32,000 nucleotides of DNA from an uncultured Clostridia bacterium (lineage in GTDB: Bacteria; Bacillota; Clostridia; TANB77; CAG-508): NCBI GenBank assembly GCA_947632605.1, contig CANRPX010000004.1, forward strand, positions 39,948-71,947, given 5' to 3'. Below the pieces are notes generated by a model. That model made no database searches. It was not told the origin of the DNA and was given only the letters and a program-made list of their open reading frames with translations. A program made the translations under genes and the position numbers. The first letter of the stretch is position 1. Every line of letters starts with the position of its first letter. Positions 1 through 8,620 of this stretch are shown piece by piece.

Positions 1-23
1 TTATAAAAAGGAGGGCGATATAA

Positions 24-599
24 ATAAAAAAAGAAAAAACAACTCAAGGCTGGCTACCATTTGATAAAGTTTTAGAAAATGGAATAATAAGACAAAAAAA
101 TTCTTATATAAAAATTATAAAAGTAATTCCAATAAATTATGATTTAAAATCAAATTTAGAAAAAGAAGCAATTTTAAATTCTTATAAATTATTTTTAAAA
201 ACATGTGATTTTAATATTCAAATACTTATTCAAAGTAAAAAAGAAAATTTATCAAAATATTTTTTTAATCTTAAACAAATTTCCCAAAAAGAAGAAAATG
301 AAAAAATAAAAGAAATAGCAAAAGAGTATATAGAGTTTATAAAAAATAAAAATGAAGAAAATAAATCTGCATCAAAAAATTTTTATATAGTTATTAAATA
401 TGATTTAGATTCATCTGCTAAAAACATTCAAAATATTGATGAAAATATAGCAATTAATTTTTTAAATGAAGGATTTTTTAAAATAAAAGAAACTTTATCA
501 AGATGTGGTAATACTGTATATGATATTAATGAAAAGCAAGTAGTAGAAGAAATTTTAAATTCATTTTTTAATCAAAAAGGTGAAAAAAAGGAGGATTGA
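24..599 (+). pseudogene. N-terminal fragment of a VirB4/TrsE-family type IV secretion (conjugation) ATPase; no canonical start codon and out of frame with the ATPase part
   Basis: This frame is open from the TAA at 21-23 to the TGA at 597-599. It translates as IKKEKTTQGWLPFDKVLENGIIRQKNSYIKIIKVIPINYDLKSNLEKEAILNSYKLFLKTCDFNIQILIQSKK..., the pattern I associate with N-termini of Gram-positive VirB4-type proteins. GGAGGG at 10-15 lies 8 nt before ATA at 24, but I found no in-frame ATG, GTG or TTG anywhere in the frame. Removing one A from the A7 run at 583-589 joins it to ORF 580..2355. Confidence 0.6.
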
Positions 600-2355
600 T
601 AATATAGAAAATTTTTATGATGGAATATTAAATATTAAAGATAAAATGGCACCAAGTTATATAAATAATAAAAATCCAAAATATTTAGAAATTGATGGAA
701 CTTTTTATAGTGGAATATTAGTAATAGATTATTATAGAGAATACAATGATATTATTTTAAAAAATATTATAAATACTAATATAAATATGAATATATCAAT
801 ATTTTATGAAAAACAAGATACATATAAAACAATAAAAGATTTAACATATTTTATTGGAAATGTTGGTGTTGATTTAAAATCTGGAAATGAAAACAGACAA
901 GATATAGATATTGCAGCATATTCATATACAGATGCAAAATATATTAGAAAAGAAATGCAAGTAAATAATGAAGAATTATATTTTTTATATACATATATAA
1001 TAATAATTTCTGAAACTGAACAAGAAATGGAAAGAAATTTAAATAAAATAGAAGGTATTTTACAAGCATCTGGAATGATGACAAGAAAAGGGAATTTTAG
1101 ACAAGAACAAGTTTATAATTCTTGTCTGCCTTTAATGGAAAATAATAAAGATATAAAAAATGTTGCAAGAAGAAATATTTTAGGAAGTGGACTTGTTTCA
1201 ACATATCCATTCGTATCATCAAATTTGTGTGATGAGAATGGAATTTTTATTGGTACTAATATTTATAATAATTCGATGATTTTAGTAGATAGATTTAATA
1301 AAGAAAAATATAAAAATGCAAATATGTGTATTTTTGGAACAAGTGGAGCTGGAAAATCTTTTTATACAAAGTTATTAATTTTAAGATATCGACTTCTTGG
1401 ATTAGATCAGTACATAATAGATCCAGAAAGAGAATATACAAAAATTTGTGAAAATTTAGATGGAGTTTGTATTAAATTTGGTCCAACATCTAATTCTTAT
1501 ATAAATATTTTAGATATTAGAGAAGAAGAAATTGAAGAAGAAAAAGGTTTTTTAGTATCAAAATTAAGTAAATTAAGAATATTTTTTAGTTTAGTTTTTG
1601 GAGAATTAGATGAAGAAAATGTTGCACTTTTAGAAGAAAAATTAATAGAAGTTTATAAAGAAAAGGGAATAACTTTTGATGATAATTCTTTATATAACGA
1701 AAATAAAGAATTTAAGAAAAGTTCACAAATGCCAATTCTGCAAGATTTATATGAAATTTTGGAAAATGATGAAAAAACATTATTTTTTAAAAGAAAATTA
1801 TATCCATTTATATATGGTTCACTAAAATTTTTAAATAATTTTACAAATGTTGAACTTGAAAATAAATTAATTGTTGCAGATATATACGAACTTGGAGAAG
1901 AAAATTTAAAATATGGAATGTATATTTTTACAGAACTTTTTTGGGACAAAATAAAAAAAGATAGAAATAAAAATAAAGCTATTTATTTAGATGAAATTTG
2001 GAGATTAATTGGTGTTACATCAAATAAATTTGTAGCAAGTTTTATATATAAAATATTTAAAACAATTAGAAAATATGGAGGAAGTGCTGTTGCAATTACA
2101 CAAGATGTTTCTGATTTATTTAGTTTGGAAAATGGAACTTATGGAAAAAGTATTTTGAATAATTCTAGTATAAAATCATTTTTTTCTTTAGAAGAAGAAA
2201 ATATATTAGTTTTAGAAAAATATGCAAATATTTCTGAAAAAGAAAAAATAGAAATAAAATCTTTAAAAAGAGGAGAAGCACTTATGTTTATTGGAGATAA
2301 TCACATTTTATCTAAAGTAGAAGCTTCAGAATATGAAAAGGAGTTGATAGTTTGA
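580..2355 (+). CDS. VirB4/TrsE/TcpF-like type IV secretion ATPase, central and C-terminal ATPase portion
   Basis: 591-aa ORF. Walker A is GTSGAGKSFYTKLL and Walker B-like is IYLDEIWRLIG (DEAW-type, as in VirB4). The upstream segment MAPSYINNKNPKYLEIDGTFYSGILVIDYY resembles the conserved VirB4 middle region. The GTG start at 580 is probably an artefact of the frameshift with 24..599. Confidence 0.8.
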   Translation: MKKRRIDNIENFYDGILNIKDKMAPSYINNKNPKYLEIDGTFYSGILVIDYYREYNDIILKNIINTNINMNISIFYEKQDTYKTIKDLTYFIGNVGVDLKSGNENRQDIDIAAYSYTDAKYIRKEMQVNNEELYFLYTYIIIISETEQEMERNLNKIEGILQASGMMTRKGNFRQEQVYNSCLPLMENNKDIKNVARRNILGSGLVSTYPFVSSNLCDENGIFIGTNIYNNSMILVDRFNKEKYKNANMCIFGTSGAGKSFYTKLLILRYRLLGLDQYIIDPEREYTKICENLDGVCIKFGPTSNSYINILDIREEEIEEEKGFLVSKLSKLRIFFSLVFGELDEENVALLEEKLIEVYKEKGITFDDNSLYNENKEFKKSSQMPILQDLYEILENDEKTLFFKRKLYPFIYGSLKFLNNFTNVELENKLIVADIYELGEENLKYGMYIFTELFWDKIKKDRNKNKAIYLDEIWRLIGVTSNKFVASFIYKIFKTIRKYGGSAVAITQDVSDLFSLENGTYGKSILNNSSIKSFFSLEEENILVLEKYANISEKEKIEIKSLKRGEALMFIGDNHILSKVEASEYEKELIV

Positions 2356-3476
2356 GAATTATTACAGCTATGGGAGATCCTTATTTAAATAATAAATTAA
2401 AAGAAAAATATGAAGTTATTGGAAAAGATATTTTTTATCAAGAAGGAATTTTAGAAATATTAACAGAAAGAAAAAATATAGATTTGTTAGTATTAAGTAA
2501 TAATTTGCCTGGTGAATATAAATTTGAAGAATTAATTGAAAAAATAATTAAAGAAAAAGAAGAAATAGAAATAATTATTTTTTTAAAAGAAAAAGATGAA
2601 AATATTGAAAATTTTTTAAATAGCAAAAATATTTATAAAATATTTTATTTAAATGAAGAAGGATATAAAAATTTTTTTAATATAATAAATTCAAATAAAA
2701 ATAACCCACAAAATATACAAAATGAAATTCAAAATTTTAAAGAAATAATTTTAAATAATTCAAAGAAAAAAGAAATTAATTTAAAAAATGAAAAAATTCT
2801 AAAAAATGAAAATAATGAAGAAAATAAAATTTCAAAAATAATAGTAATTTCCGGAAATTCTGGTTCTGGAAAAACAATAGTATCAATTCTTTTATCAAAA
2901 TATATAGAAAAACAAAATAAAAAAGTTTTATTAATAGATTTTGATTTTAAAAATAAATCAATTAATACTTTATTAGGAATAAAAACAAAGAAAAATATAG
3001 AAGAAAATATAAGTATTTTTAATAAAAATTTATATATCTTAAATGAAGCAAAAGAAATTTTAAGTAATTTTGAAACATACAAAATAAATATGTTTTTAGA
3101 AGAATTAAAAAATAAATTTGATTATATAATAATAGATTTTTCTAATGAAATAAATGAAGATTTAGAAAAAAGTGTACTTATAAAAGCAAATAAAATTATT
3201 TTTTTATTAGAATCAAATTTATTAGAAATAAAAAAAGCAAAGAATATTTTAGAAATTTATTTAGAAGATTATAAAATTGATTTTAATAAAATAAAAATAG
3301 TATTTAATAAATCAAATAAATATAAAATACCAGAATTTATATTAAAGGAAATTTTTTCTAATTTTGAAATAATTGGAAATATAGAATATGAAGAAAAATA
3401 TACATTATTTATAAATAAAAATTTTAATATTATAAACTGTAAAGATGAATATAAAAAAATCTATGAAAAATTGTAA
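2352..3476 (+). CDS. TadZ/CpaE-like protein: N-terminal pseudo-receiver domain plus ParA/MinD-superfamily P-loop ATPase
   Basis: 374-aa ORF. The TTG start overlaps the VirB4 stop, with AAGGAG 9 nt upstream. The N-terminus has a receiver-like fold signature (IDLLVLSNNLPGEYKFEELIEKI) with Ser/Asn where the phospho-acceptor Asp is expected. The C half has the P-loop VISGNSGSGKTIVSILL followed by VLLIDFDF, typical of MinD/ParA/CpaE-type ATPases. Confidence 0.6.
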   Translation: MRIITAMGDPYLNNKLKEKYEVIGKDIFYQEGILEILTERKNIDLLVLSNNLPGEYKFEELIEKIIKEKEEIEIIIFLKEKDENIENFLNSKNIYKIFYLNEEGYKNFFNIINSNKNNPQNIQNEIQNFKEIILNNSKKKEINLKNEKILKNENNEENKISKIIVISGNSGSGKTIVSILLSKYIEKQNKKVLLIDFDFKNKSINTLLGIKTKKNIEENISIFNKNLYILNEAKEILSNFETYKINMFLEELKNKFDYIIIDFSNEINEDLEKSVLIKANKIIFLLESNLLEIKKAKNILEIYLEDYKIDFNKIKIVFNKSNKYKIPEFILKEIFSNFEIIGNIEYEEKYTLFINKNFNIINCKDEYKKIYEKL

Positions 3477-3487
3477 AAGGAGAAAAT

Positions 3488-4213
3488 ATGGAAGGTGTAG
3501 AAATAGAAAATAATATAGAAATTCAAAATACTTTAGGAGATAAATTAAAAGATTTACAAGAAAATTTTATTAAATCAGATATTGGAAAAGCTATAAATTC
3601 AGCAATAGATATAGGATTAAAAGCTGTTCTTCCAGACTTAATAGAAGATCAGATAATAGATGTGAAAAATGCAATATTAGAAAATGGATTTTCAGAAGGA
3701 ATAAAAGAAGTAATAAATTCTGCTATAAATACTGGAAAAAGCGCAATAGGAATTATAACTGGAAATTTTGAAAATGTATCACAAATACAATTAGCTATTA
3801 AAAATGGAGGAATACTTGATAAAGTTTCAAATTTATTAGATTATACAATAGACTTTGTGAAAGATAAAAATATAATTGATAAAAATATAAGCTCTCTTAT
3901 AAAAAATGGTAAAAATTCTATAATAAAATCAGTAGAAGAAAAAATAGAAGAAACTTTAACAAATCAAATAAAAGCTGTTGAAAAAGTGGAAAAATATTGT
4001 AGTAATTGGAATATAGGATATGCAGCTCAAGATATCACTGCAATGGAAAAAGCATATAAAAATATTAAAAATAATTTAGAAAAAATAATACCAATTGAAA
4101 ATATAATAAATAAAGCAAGAACTATTGAAAACTTACATAATTTAATAAAAAATAATGGAAATAATTTTAATATAAGTGAAGAAGAACAACTTTTAGCTGA
4201 AAAATTAAAATAA
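3488..4213 (+). CDS. hypothetical protein (helical, no signal peptide), last gene of the virB4 operon
   Basis: 241-aa ORF with AAAGGAG 6-7 nt upstream of the ATG, followed by a terminator at 4288-4319. I recognise no motif. Confidence 0.6.
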   Translation: MEGVEIENNIEIQNTLGDKLKDLQENFIKSDIGKAINSAIDIGLKAVLPDLIEDQIIDVKNAILENGFSEGIKEVINSAINTGKSAIGIITGNFENVSQIQLAIKNGGILDKVSNLLDYTIDFVKDKNIIDKNISSLIKNGKNSIIKSVEEKIEETLTNQIKAVEKVEKYCSNWNIGYAAQDITAMEKAYKNIKNNLEKIIPIENIINKARTIENLHNLIKNNGNNFNISEEEQLLAEKLK

Positions 4214-4287
4214 ATATTTTAATAAAAATCTAATTAAAAATTCTTATAAAATCTTATAAAAATTTAATTAAAAAAATTAAATTTATA

Positions 4288-4319
4288 GGGCAAAAATAAA
4301 GAAAATTTGCCCTTTTTTT
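4288..4319 (+). terminator. rho-independent terminator of the virB4 / TadZ-like / 241-aa operon
   Basis: GGGCAAA (4288-4294) pairs with TTTGCCC (4306-4312), followed by T7 at 4313-4319. Confidence 0.7.
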
Positions 4320-4320
4320 C

Positions 4321-4350
4321 TTGATTTTTTTGAGTGTTTTATTATATAAT
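4321..4350 (+). promoter_or_regulatory. putative sigma-A promoter of gyrA
   Basis: TTGATT (4321-4326), 18-nt spacer, TATAAT (4345-4350), about 36 nt upstream of the gyrA ATG. Confidence 0.5.
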
Positions 4351-4386
4351 GCAAGAAGAAACAAATATAAGAAAAGAGGGAAATAA

Positions 4387-6828
4387 ATGGAAAGGCAAGA
4401 TGGAAAAATAATCGAAAGAAACATTGAAACTGAAATGAGAACAGCATATATAGATTACGCAATGAGTGTTATAGTTTCAAGAGCTTTACCCGATGTTAGA
4501 GATGGTTTAAAACCTGTTCATAGAAGAATTCTTTATTCTATGTATGAAGATGGAATTACCTCAGATAAACCTTATAGAAAATGTGCTAATACAGTTGGAT
4601 CTGTTTTAGGTAGATATCACCCACATGGAGATTCTTCTGTTTATGATGCTATGGTTAGATTAGCACAAGATTTCTCTATGAGATATATGTTAATTGATGG
4701 ACATGGTAATTTTGGTTCAATTGATGGTGATGGTGCAGCTGCAATGAGGTACACAGAATCTAGAATGTCAAAAATTGCAGAGCAAATGTTAGTTGATATT
4801 GAAAAAAATACAGTAGATTTTATGCCAAACTATGATGATAGACTTCAAGAACCAACAGTACTTCCATCTAAAATACCAGCATTATTAATAAATGGTTCTT
4901 CAGGAATCGCAGTAGGTATGGCAACTAATATACCACCACATAATTTAACAGAAGTTATTAATGGTGCTATAAAGGTAATTGAAGATGACAATGTTACAAA
5001 TGAAGAATTAATGAAAATAATTAAAGGTCCGGATTTCCCAACAGGAGCAATGATTCTTGGAAAAGAAGGAATAAAAGAAGCTTATACAACAGGTAAAGGA
5101 AAAATAACAGTAAGAGCAGAAACTGAAGTAGAAGAAATGTCTGGAGGAAAACAAAGAATTATTGTTTCATCTTTACCTTATCAAGTAAATAAAGCAAATT
5201 TAATTATTAAAATAGATGAATTAGTAAAAGAAAAAAGAATAGAAGGTATTGCAGAAGTAAGAGATGAATCTGACAGAAATGAAAGAGTAAGAATTGTTAT
5301 TGAATTAAAAAGAGATGCAAGACCTCAAGTAATATTAAATCAATTATTTAAACATACACAAATGCAAGACACTTTTGGTGTTATAATGCTTGCTCTAGTT
5401 AATGGAGAACCAAAAATATTAACATTAAAAGAGTGTTTAGATGAATATATTAAACATAGAAGAGAAGTTGTTTTAAGAAGAACAAAATTTGAATTAGACA
5501 AAGCAGAAGCAAGAGCACATATATTAGAAGGTTTAATTACAGCTATTGATAATATTGATGAAGTAATCAAGATAATTCGTGAATCTTATGATGATGCAAA
5601 AGAAAGATTAATGGAAAGATTTAAACTTTCAGATATACAAGCACAAGCAATTCTTGATATGCAACTTAAGAGATTATCTGGTTTACAAAGAGAAAAACTA
5701 GAAGAAGAATATGCTGAATTAATGAAATTAATAGCATATTATAAAGAAGTTTTATCAAGTGAAACATTAGTATTTGACATTATAAAAACAGAACTTCTTG
5801 AAATTAGAGATAAATTCGGAGATGAAAGATTAACAAAGATAGCAGCAGCTGAAGGCGAATTTGAAGAAGAAGATTTAATTAAAGAAGAACAAACAGTAAT
5901 TGCATTAACACATTTTGGATATATTAAAAGAATGCCAATTGATACTTATAAGAGCCAAAGAAGAGGTGGAAAAGGAATTACTGGAATCTCAACAAGAGAA
6001 GATGACTTTGTTAAAGAAATATTTACAGCATCTACTCATGATACAATATTATTCTTTAGTAATAAAGGAAAAATGTATAGATTAAGAGGATTTGAAGTTC
6101 CAGAAGCTGGAAGAACAGCAAAAGGAACAGCAATAGTAAACTTATTAAATCTAGAACCAGGAGAAAAAATTTCAGCAATTATTCCAATTCAAAATTTTGC
6201 TGATGGAAAATATCTACTTATGGGAACAAAATCTGGATTAATTAAGAAAACACCATTAAAAGAATATGATTCAAATAGAAGAACAGGTTTAATGGGAATA
6301 ACATTAAAAGAAGATGATGAACTTATAGATGTTAGAATGACAGATGGACAAGATAATGTTGTATTAGTTACTAGAAAAGGTATGAGTATAACATTTGATG
6401 AGAAAGATGTTAGACCTGTTGGAAGAACAGCTCAAGGTGTAATTGGAATGAGAGTTGATGAAGATGACTATGTTGTTGGAATGGAACCAATTATAGCTGG
6501 AAGTAAAGCAACACTACTTGCAATTACAGAAAATGGTTTTGGAAAGAGAACAGAACTTGATGAATACAGAGTTCAAAACAGAGGTGGAAGAGGAGTTATA
6601 ACTTATAAAATAACACCAAAAACTGGAGAACTTGTTGGAATTAAAATTGTAGGTGGAACAGAAGATGTTATACTTATAACAGATACAGGAACAATTATAA
6701 GATTAAATACTGGAGAAATTAGTGTTCTTGGAAGATCAACACAAGGTGTTACATTAATGAGAACAAATGAAGGAAAAGTTGTAAGTATAGAAAAAATAGT
6801 TGAAGAAGATTCAGATTATGTAATTTAA
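4387..6828 (+). CDS. gyrA: DNA gyrase subunit A
   Basis: 813 aa. Motifs: YHPHGDSSVYDAMVRLAQDFSMRYMLIDGHGNFGSIDGDGAAAMRYTESRMSKI (catalytic Tyr region) and the GyrA box QRRGGKGITG in the C-terminal beta-pinwheel domain, which distinguishes GyrA from ParC. RBS AGAGGGA lies upstream. Confidence 0.97.
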   Translation: MERQDGKIIERNIETEMRTAYIDYAMSVIVSRALPDVRDGLKPVHRRILYSMYEDGITSDKPYRKCANTVGSVLGRYHPHGDSSVYDAMVRLAQDFSMRYMLIDGHGNFGSIDGDGAAAMRYTESRMSKIAEQMLVDIEKNTVDFMPNYDDRLQEPTVLPSKIPALLINGSSGIAVGMATNIPPHNLTEVINGAIKVIEDDNVTNEELMKIIKGPDFPTGAMILGKEGIKEAYTTGKGKITVRAETEVEEMSGGKQRIIVSSLPYQVNKANLIIKIDELVKEKRIEGIAEVRDESDRNERVRIVIELKRDARPQVILNQLFKHTQMQDTFGVIMLALVNGEPKILTLKECLDEYIKHRREVVLRRTKFELDKAEARAHILEGLITAIDNIDEVIKIIRESYDDAKERLMERFKLSDIQAQAILDMQLKRLSGLQREKLEEEYAELMKLIAYYKEVLSSETLVFDIIKTELLEIRDKFGDERLTKIAAAEGEFEEEDLIKEEQTVIALTHFGYIKRMPIDTYKSQRRGGKGITGISTREDDFVKEIFTASTHDTILFFSNKGKMYRLRGFEVPEAGRTAKGTAIVNLLNLEPGEKISAIIPIQNFADGKYLLMGTKSGLIKKTPLKEYDSNRRTGLMGITLKEDDELIDVRMTDGQDNVVLVTRKGMSITFDEKDVRPVGRTAQGVIGMRVDEDDYVVGMEPIIAGSKATLLAITENGFGKRTELDEYRVQNRGGRGVITYKITPKTGELVGIKIVGGTEDVILITDTGTIIRLNTGEISVLGRSTQGVTLMRTNEGKVVSIEKIVEEDSDYVI

Positions 6829-6854
6829 AAATACAAAAGGAGAAAGTTACTATT

Positions 6855-7454
6855 TTGGATATATTAACATTGAATTCTAAGGAAAAATTAGGATGTATAA
6901 TGTGTGATAAATGTTGCATATATAGAGGGGATATAAGATTAACCCCTCTTAATGTATGTAAAATAAGTAAGTTTTTAAATTTAAGCATAAAGGAATTTTT
7001 AAAAGAGTATACAGATAGATTAGAAAATAATAAATTAGAATTAGTACTTAAAACAAAAGGAAATCTAAAACAATGTATTCTTTATGATGAAAAAAACAAA
7101 AAATGCGGAATTCATCCAGTAAAACCAATGCAATGTGTAATGTTTCCACTTGTTCCAGAAAATTTAAAAAGAGATTATTTTTATAATTCTGGTGAATGCA
7201 AAATGGAAGAATTTAAAGAAATAAAAGTCAAAAAATGGCTAAATGGAAATAATAATATTTATAGCAAAAATAAAAAAATTTGTATGGAATGGATAGAGTT
7301 TTTAGAATACATACAGCCTAAATTAGAAAACATATCAAAAGAAAAATTAGAAGAATGTTATGAAATACTATTTGAAAATTATGATTTTAAAAAAGTAAAT
7401 TTAAAAAATCAAATGAGAAATAATATAAAAACAGTAATAGATATTGTAAAATAA
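6855..7454 (+). CDS. YkgJ-family (UPF0153) cysteine-cluster zinc/iron-chelating protein
   Basis: 199 aa with CIMCDKCC (CxxCxxCC) near the N-terminus and a later KCGIHPVKPMQC cluster. TTG start 13 nt after AAGGAG; ATG at 6900 is an alternative. No terminator separates it from gyrA, so it is probably co-transcribed. Confidence 0.7.
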   Translation: MDILTLNSKEKLGCIMCDKCCIYRGDIRLTPLNVCKISKFLNLSIKEFLKEYTDRLENNKLELVLKTKGNLKQCILYDEKNKKCGIHPVKPMQCVMFPLVPENLKRDYFYNSGECKMEEFKEIKVKKWLNGNNNIYSKNKKICMEWIEFLEYIQPKLENISKEKLEECYEILFENYDFKKVNLKNQMRNNIKTVIDIVK

Positions 7455-7456
7455 AA

Positions 7457-7485
7457 AAACCTAATTATTTTTAATTAGGTTTTTT
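7457..7485. terminator. bidirectional rho-independent terminator between ykgJ-like (+) and dnaC-like (-)
   Basis: AAACCTAATTA / TAATTAGGTTT perfect stem with a TTTT loop, flanked by an A run upstream and a T run downstream. Confidence 0.75.
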
Positions 7486-7493
7486 GTTTTTTA

Positions 7494-8516
7494 TTATATT
7501 TCTTTTTTATTTTTCTTAAAACGTAAATCTTCACCAAAAAATCTAAGAAATCTATAAGTACCAGCAAGTCTAGAACCAATTCTTGTTGTGTAAGTTTTAA
7601 ACAATTCATCAAGAGTTAAATTAGTAGATATTATAGTTTTTGTAATTTTATGGTTTTGATTTAAAAGACGAGTATTTATTATTGTAAATAATTCTGTTAT
7701 TTTTGAATCTGTAATTTTTTCTGTTCCTAAATCATCTATTATAAGTAAATCAACATTTAAAATGTTTTCATATAAATCAAATTTTGAATTCTCTTTTCCA
7801 AATTTTGCTTCATTTATTTCATCAAACATAACAGGTGCTGTTTGATAAAGAACAGTTTTTCCAAGTTTTAATATTTCATTTGCAATGCAATTACTTAAAA
7901 AAGTTTTTCCTACACCTGTATTTCCAGTAAAAATTAAATTTTTTTCATCTGGATTATCAAAATTTTCAATAAATGCTTTTACTTTTTCTTTTATAATTTG
8001 CATATTTTCTCTTGGAGAAATGTCTGATTTATATTTTTCTTTATCTGGCTTATCTGAAAAAATTCTTAAATTAAAACTAGAAAAATTTTCTCTTTCAAGA
8101 TTTCCCATATTAGACTTGTTATATGCTATATCAAAAATTTTTTGTTTTAAACAAGAACACATTTGAACAGAATCATCTTTAGAAATATATCCAGTATCTT
8201 TACACAATTTGCAATCAAAATGTGGATTAAGATAGTTATTTTCTTTAGATAATTTTTTTATAAACTCATTTTTTTCTTTTATAAGTGCAGAATTTTGTTT
8301 TTTCAAATCAGATAATAACTTTTCTTGCTCTTTTTTATTAGATAAAAGAATTGCTTTAGAAATTTTTATAGAATTTTTTGAAAGTTCTTCTTCTATTTCT
8401 GAAAGTCTAGGGTTAATTTCCATTAATTCTTTTTTTCTATTTTCTGCTTCTAAAATAGCTTTATTTCTTTTATCTTCATATTCATGTAATAATTGTTTTA
8501 ACAAAGAATTATCCAT
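7494..8516 (-). CDS. DnaC/DnaI-type replicative helicase loader (IstB-like AAA+ ATPase)
   Basis: 340 aa. N-terminal Cys cluster CKLCKDTGYI...MCSC (zinc-binding module as in DnaI), Walker A FTGNTGVGKTFL, Walker B LLIIDDLGTE. Confidence 0.85.
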   Translation of the reverse strand: MDNSLLKQLLHEYEDKRNKAILEAENRKKELMEINPRLSEIEEELSKNSIKISKAILLSNKKEQEKLLSDLKKQNSALIKEKNEFIKKLSKENNYLNPHFDCKLCKDTGYISKDDSVQMCSCLKQKIFDIAYNKSNMGNLERENFSSFNLRIFSDKPDKEKYKSDISPRENMQIIKEKVKAFIENFDNPDEKNLIFTGNTGVGKTFLSNCIANEILKLGKTVLYQTAPVMFDEINEAKFGKENSKFDLYENILNVDLLIIDDLGTEKITDSKITELFTIINTRLLNQNHKITKTIISTNLTLDELFKTYTTRIGSRLAGTYRFLRFFGEDLRFKKNKKEI

Positions 8517-8620
8517 TTTTTATACCTTTTAAATATATTTAGGTTTTAAAAAATACCTATAAAAGTAAGATTGTAAAAAAATAATAATGTTTAATTTATT
8601 TGTATATTAAATTTTATAAA

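Noticed and set aside
583-589. Programmed ribosomal frameshift or transcriptional slippage at the A7 run to make full-length VirB4
   Set aside because: Joining the frames needs a +1 shift (loss of one A). A-rich slippery heptamers normally give -1 shifts, and A7 is short for efficient transcriptional slippage. The gene also lacks a canonical start, and the partner T4CP is broken at a non-homopolymer site. Mutation or decay, or a homopolymer sequencing error, is more parsimonious.
1653-3082. Minus-strand ORFs 1653..1949, 2438..2626 and 2729..3082 inside virB4 and the TadZ-like gene
   Set aside because: These are antisense shadow ORFs with low-complexity Phe/Ser/Ile/Lys translations and no RBS. 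They are fully contained in longer motif-bearing genes on the plus strand.
4387-6828. Possibility that this type IIA topoisomerase A subunit is ParC rather than GyrA
   Set aside because: The C-terminal domain carries a canonical GyrA box (QRRGGKGITG). The N-terminal region also matches GyrA-type sequence (GHGNFGSIDGDGAAAMRYTE).
5340-8166. ORFs 5340..5570 (-), 6749..6988 (-) and 7885..8166 (+)
   Set aside because: They are antisense to gyrA, to the gyrA/ykgJ-like junction and to the dnaC-like gene. They have no RBS and low-complexity translations, and they overlap confidently assigned genes.
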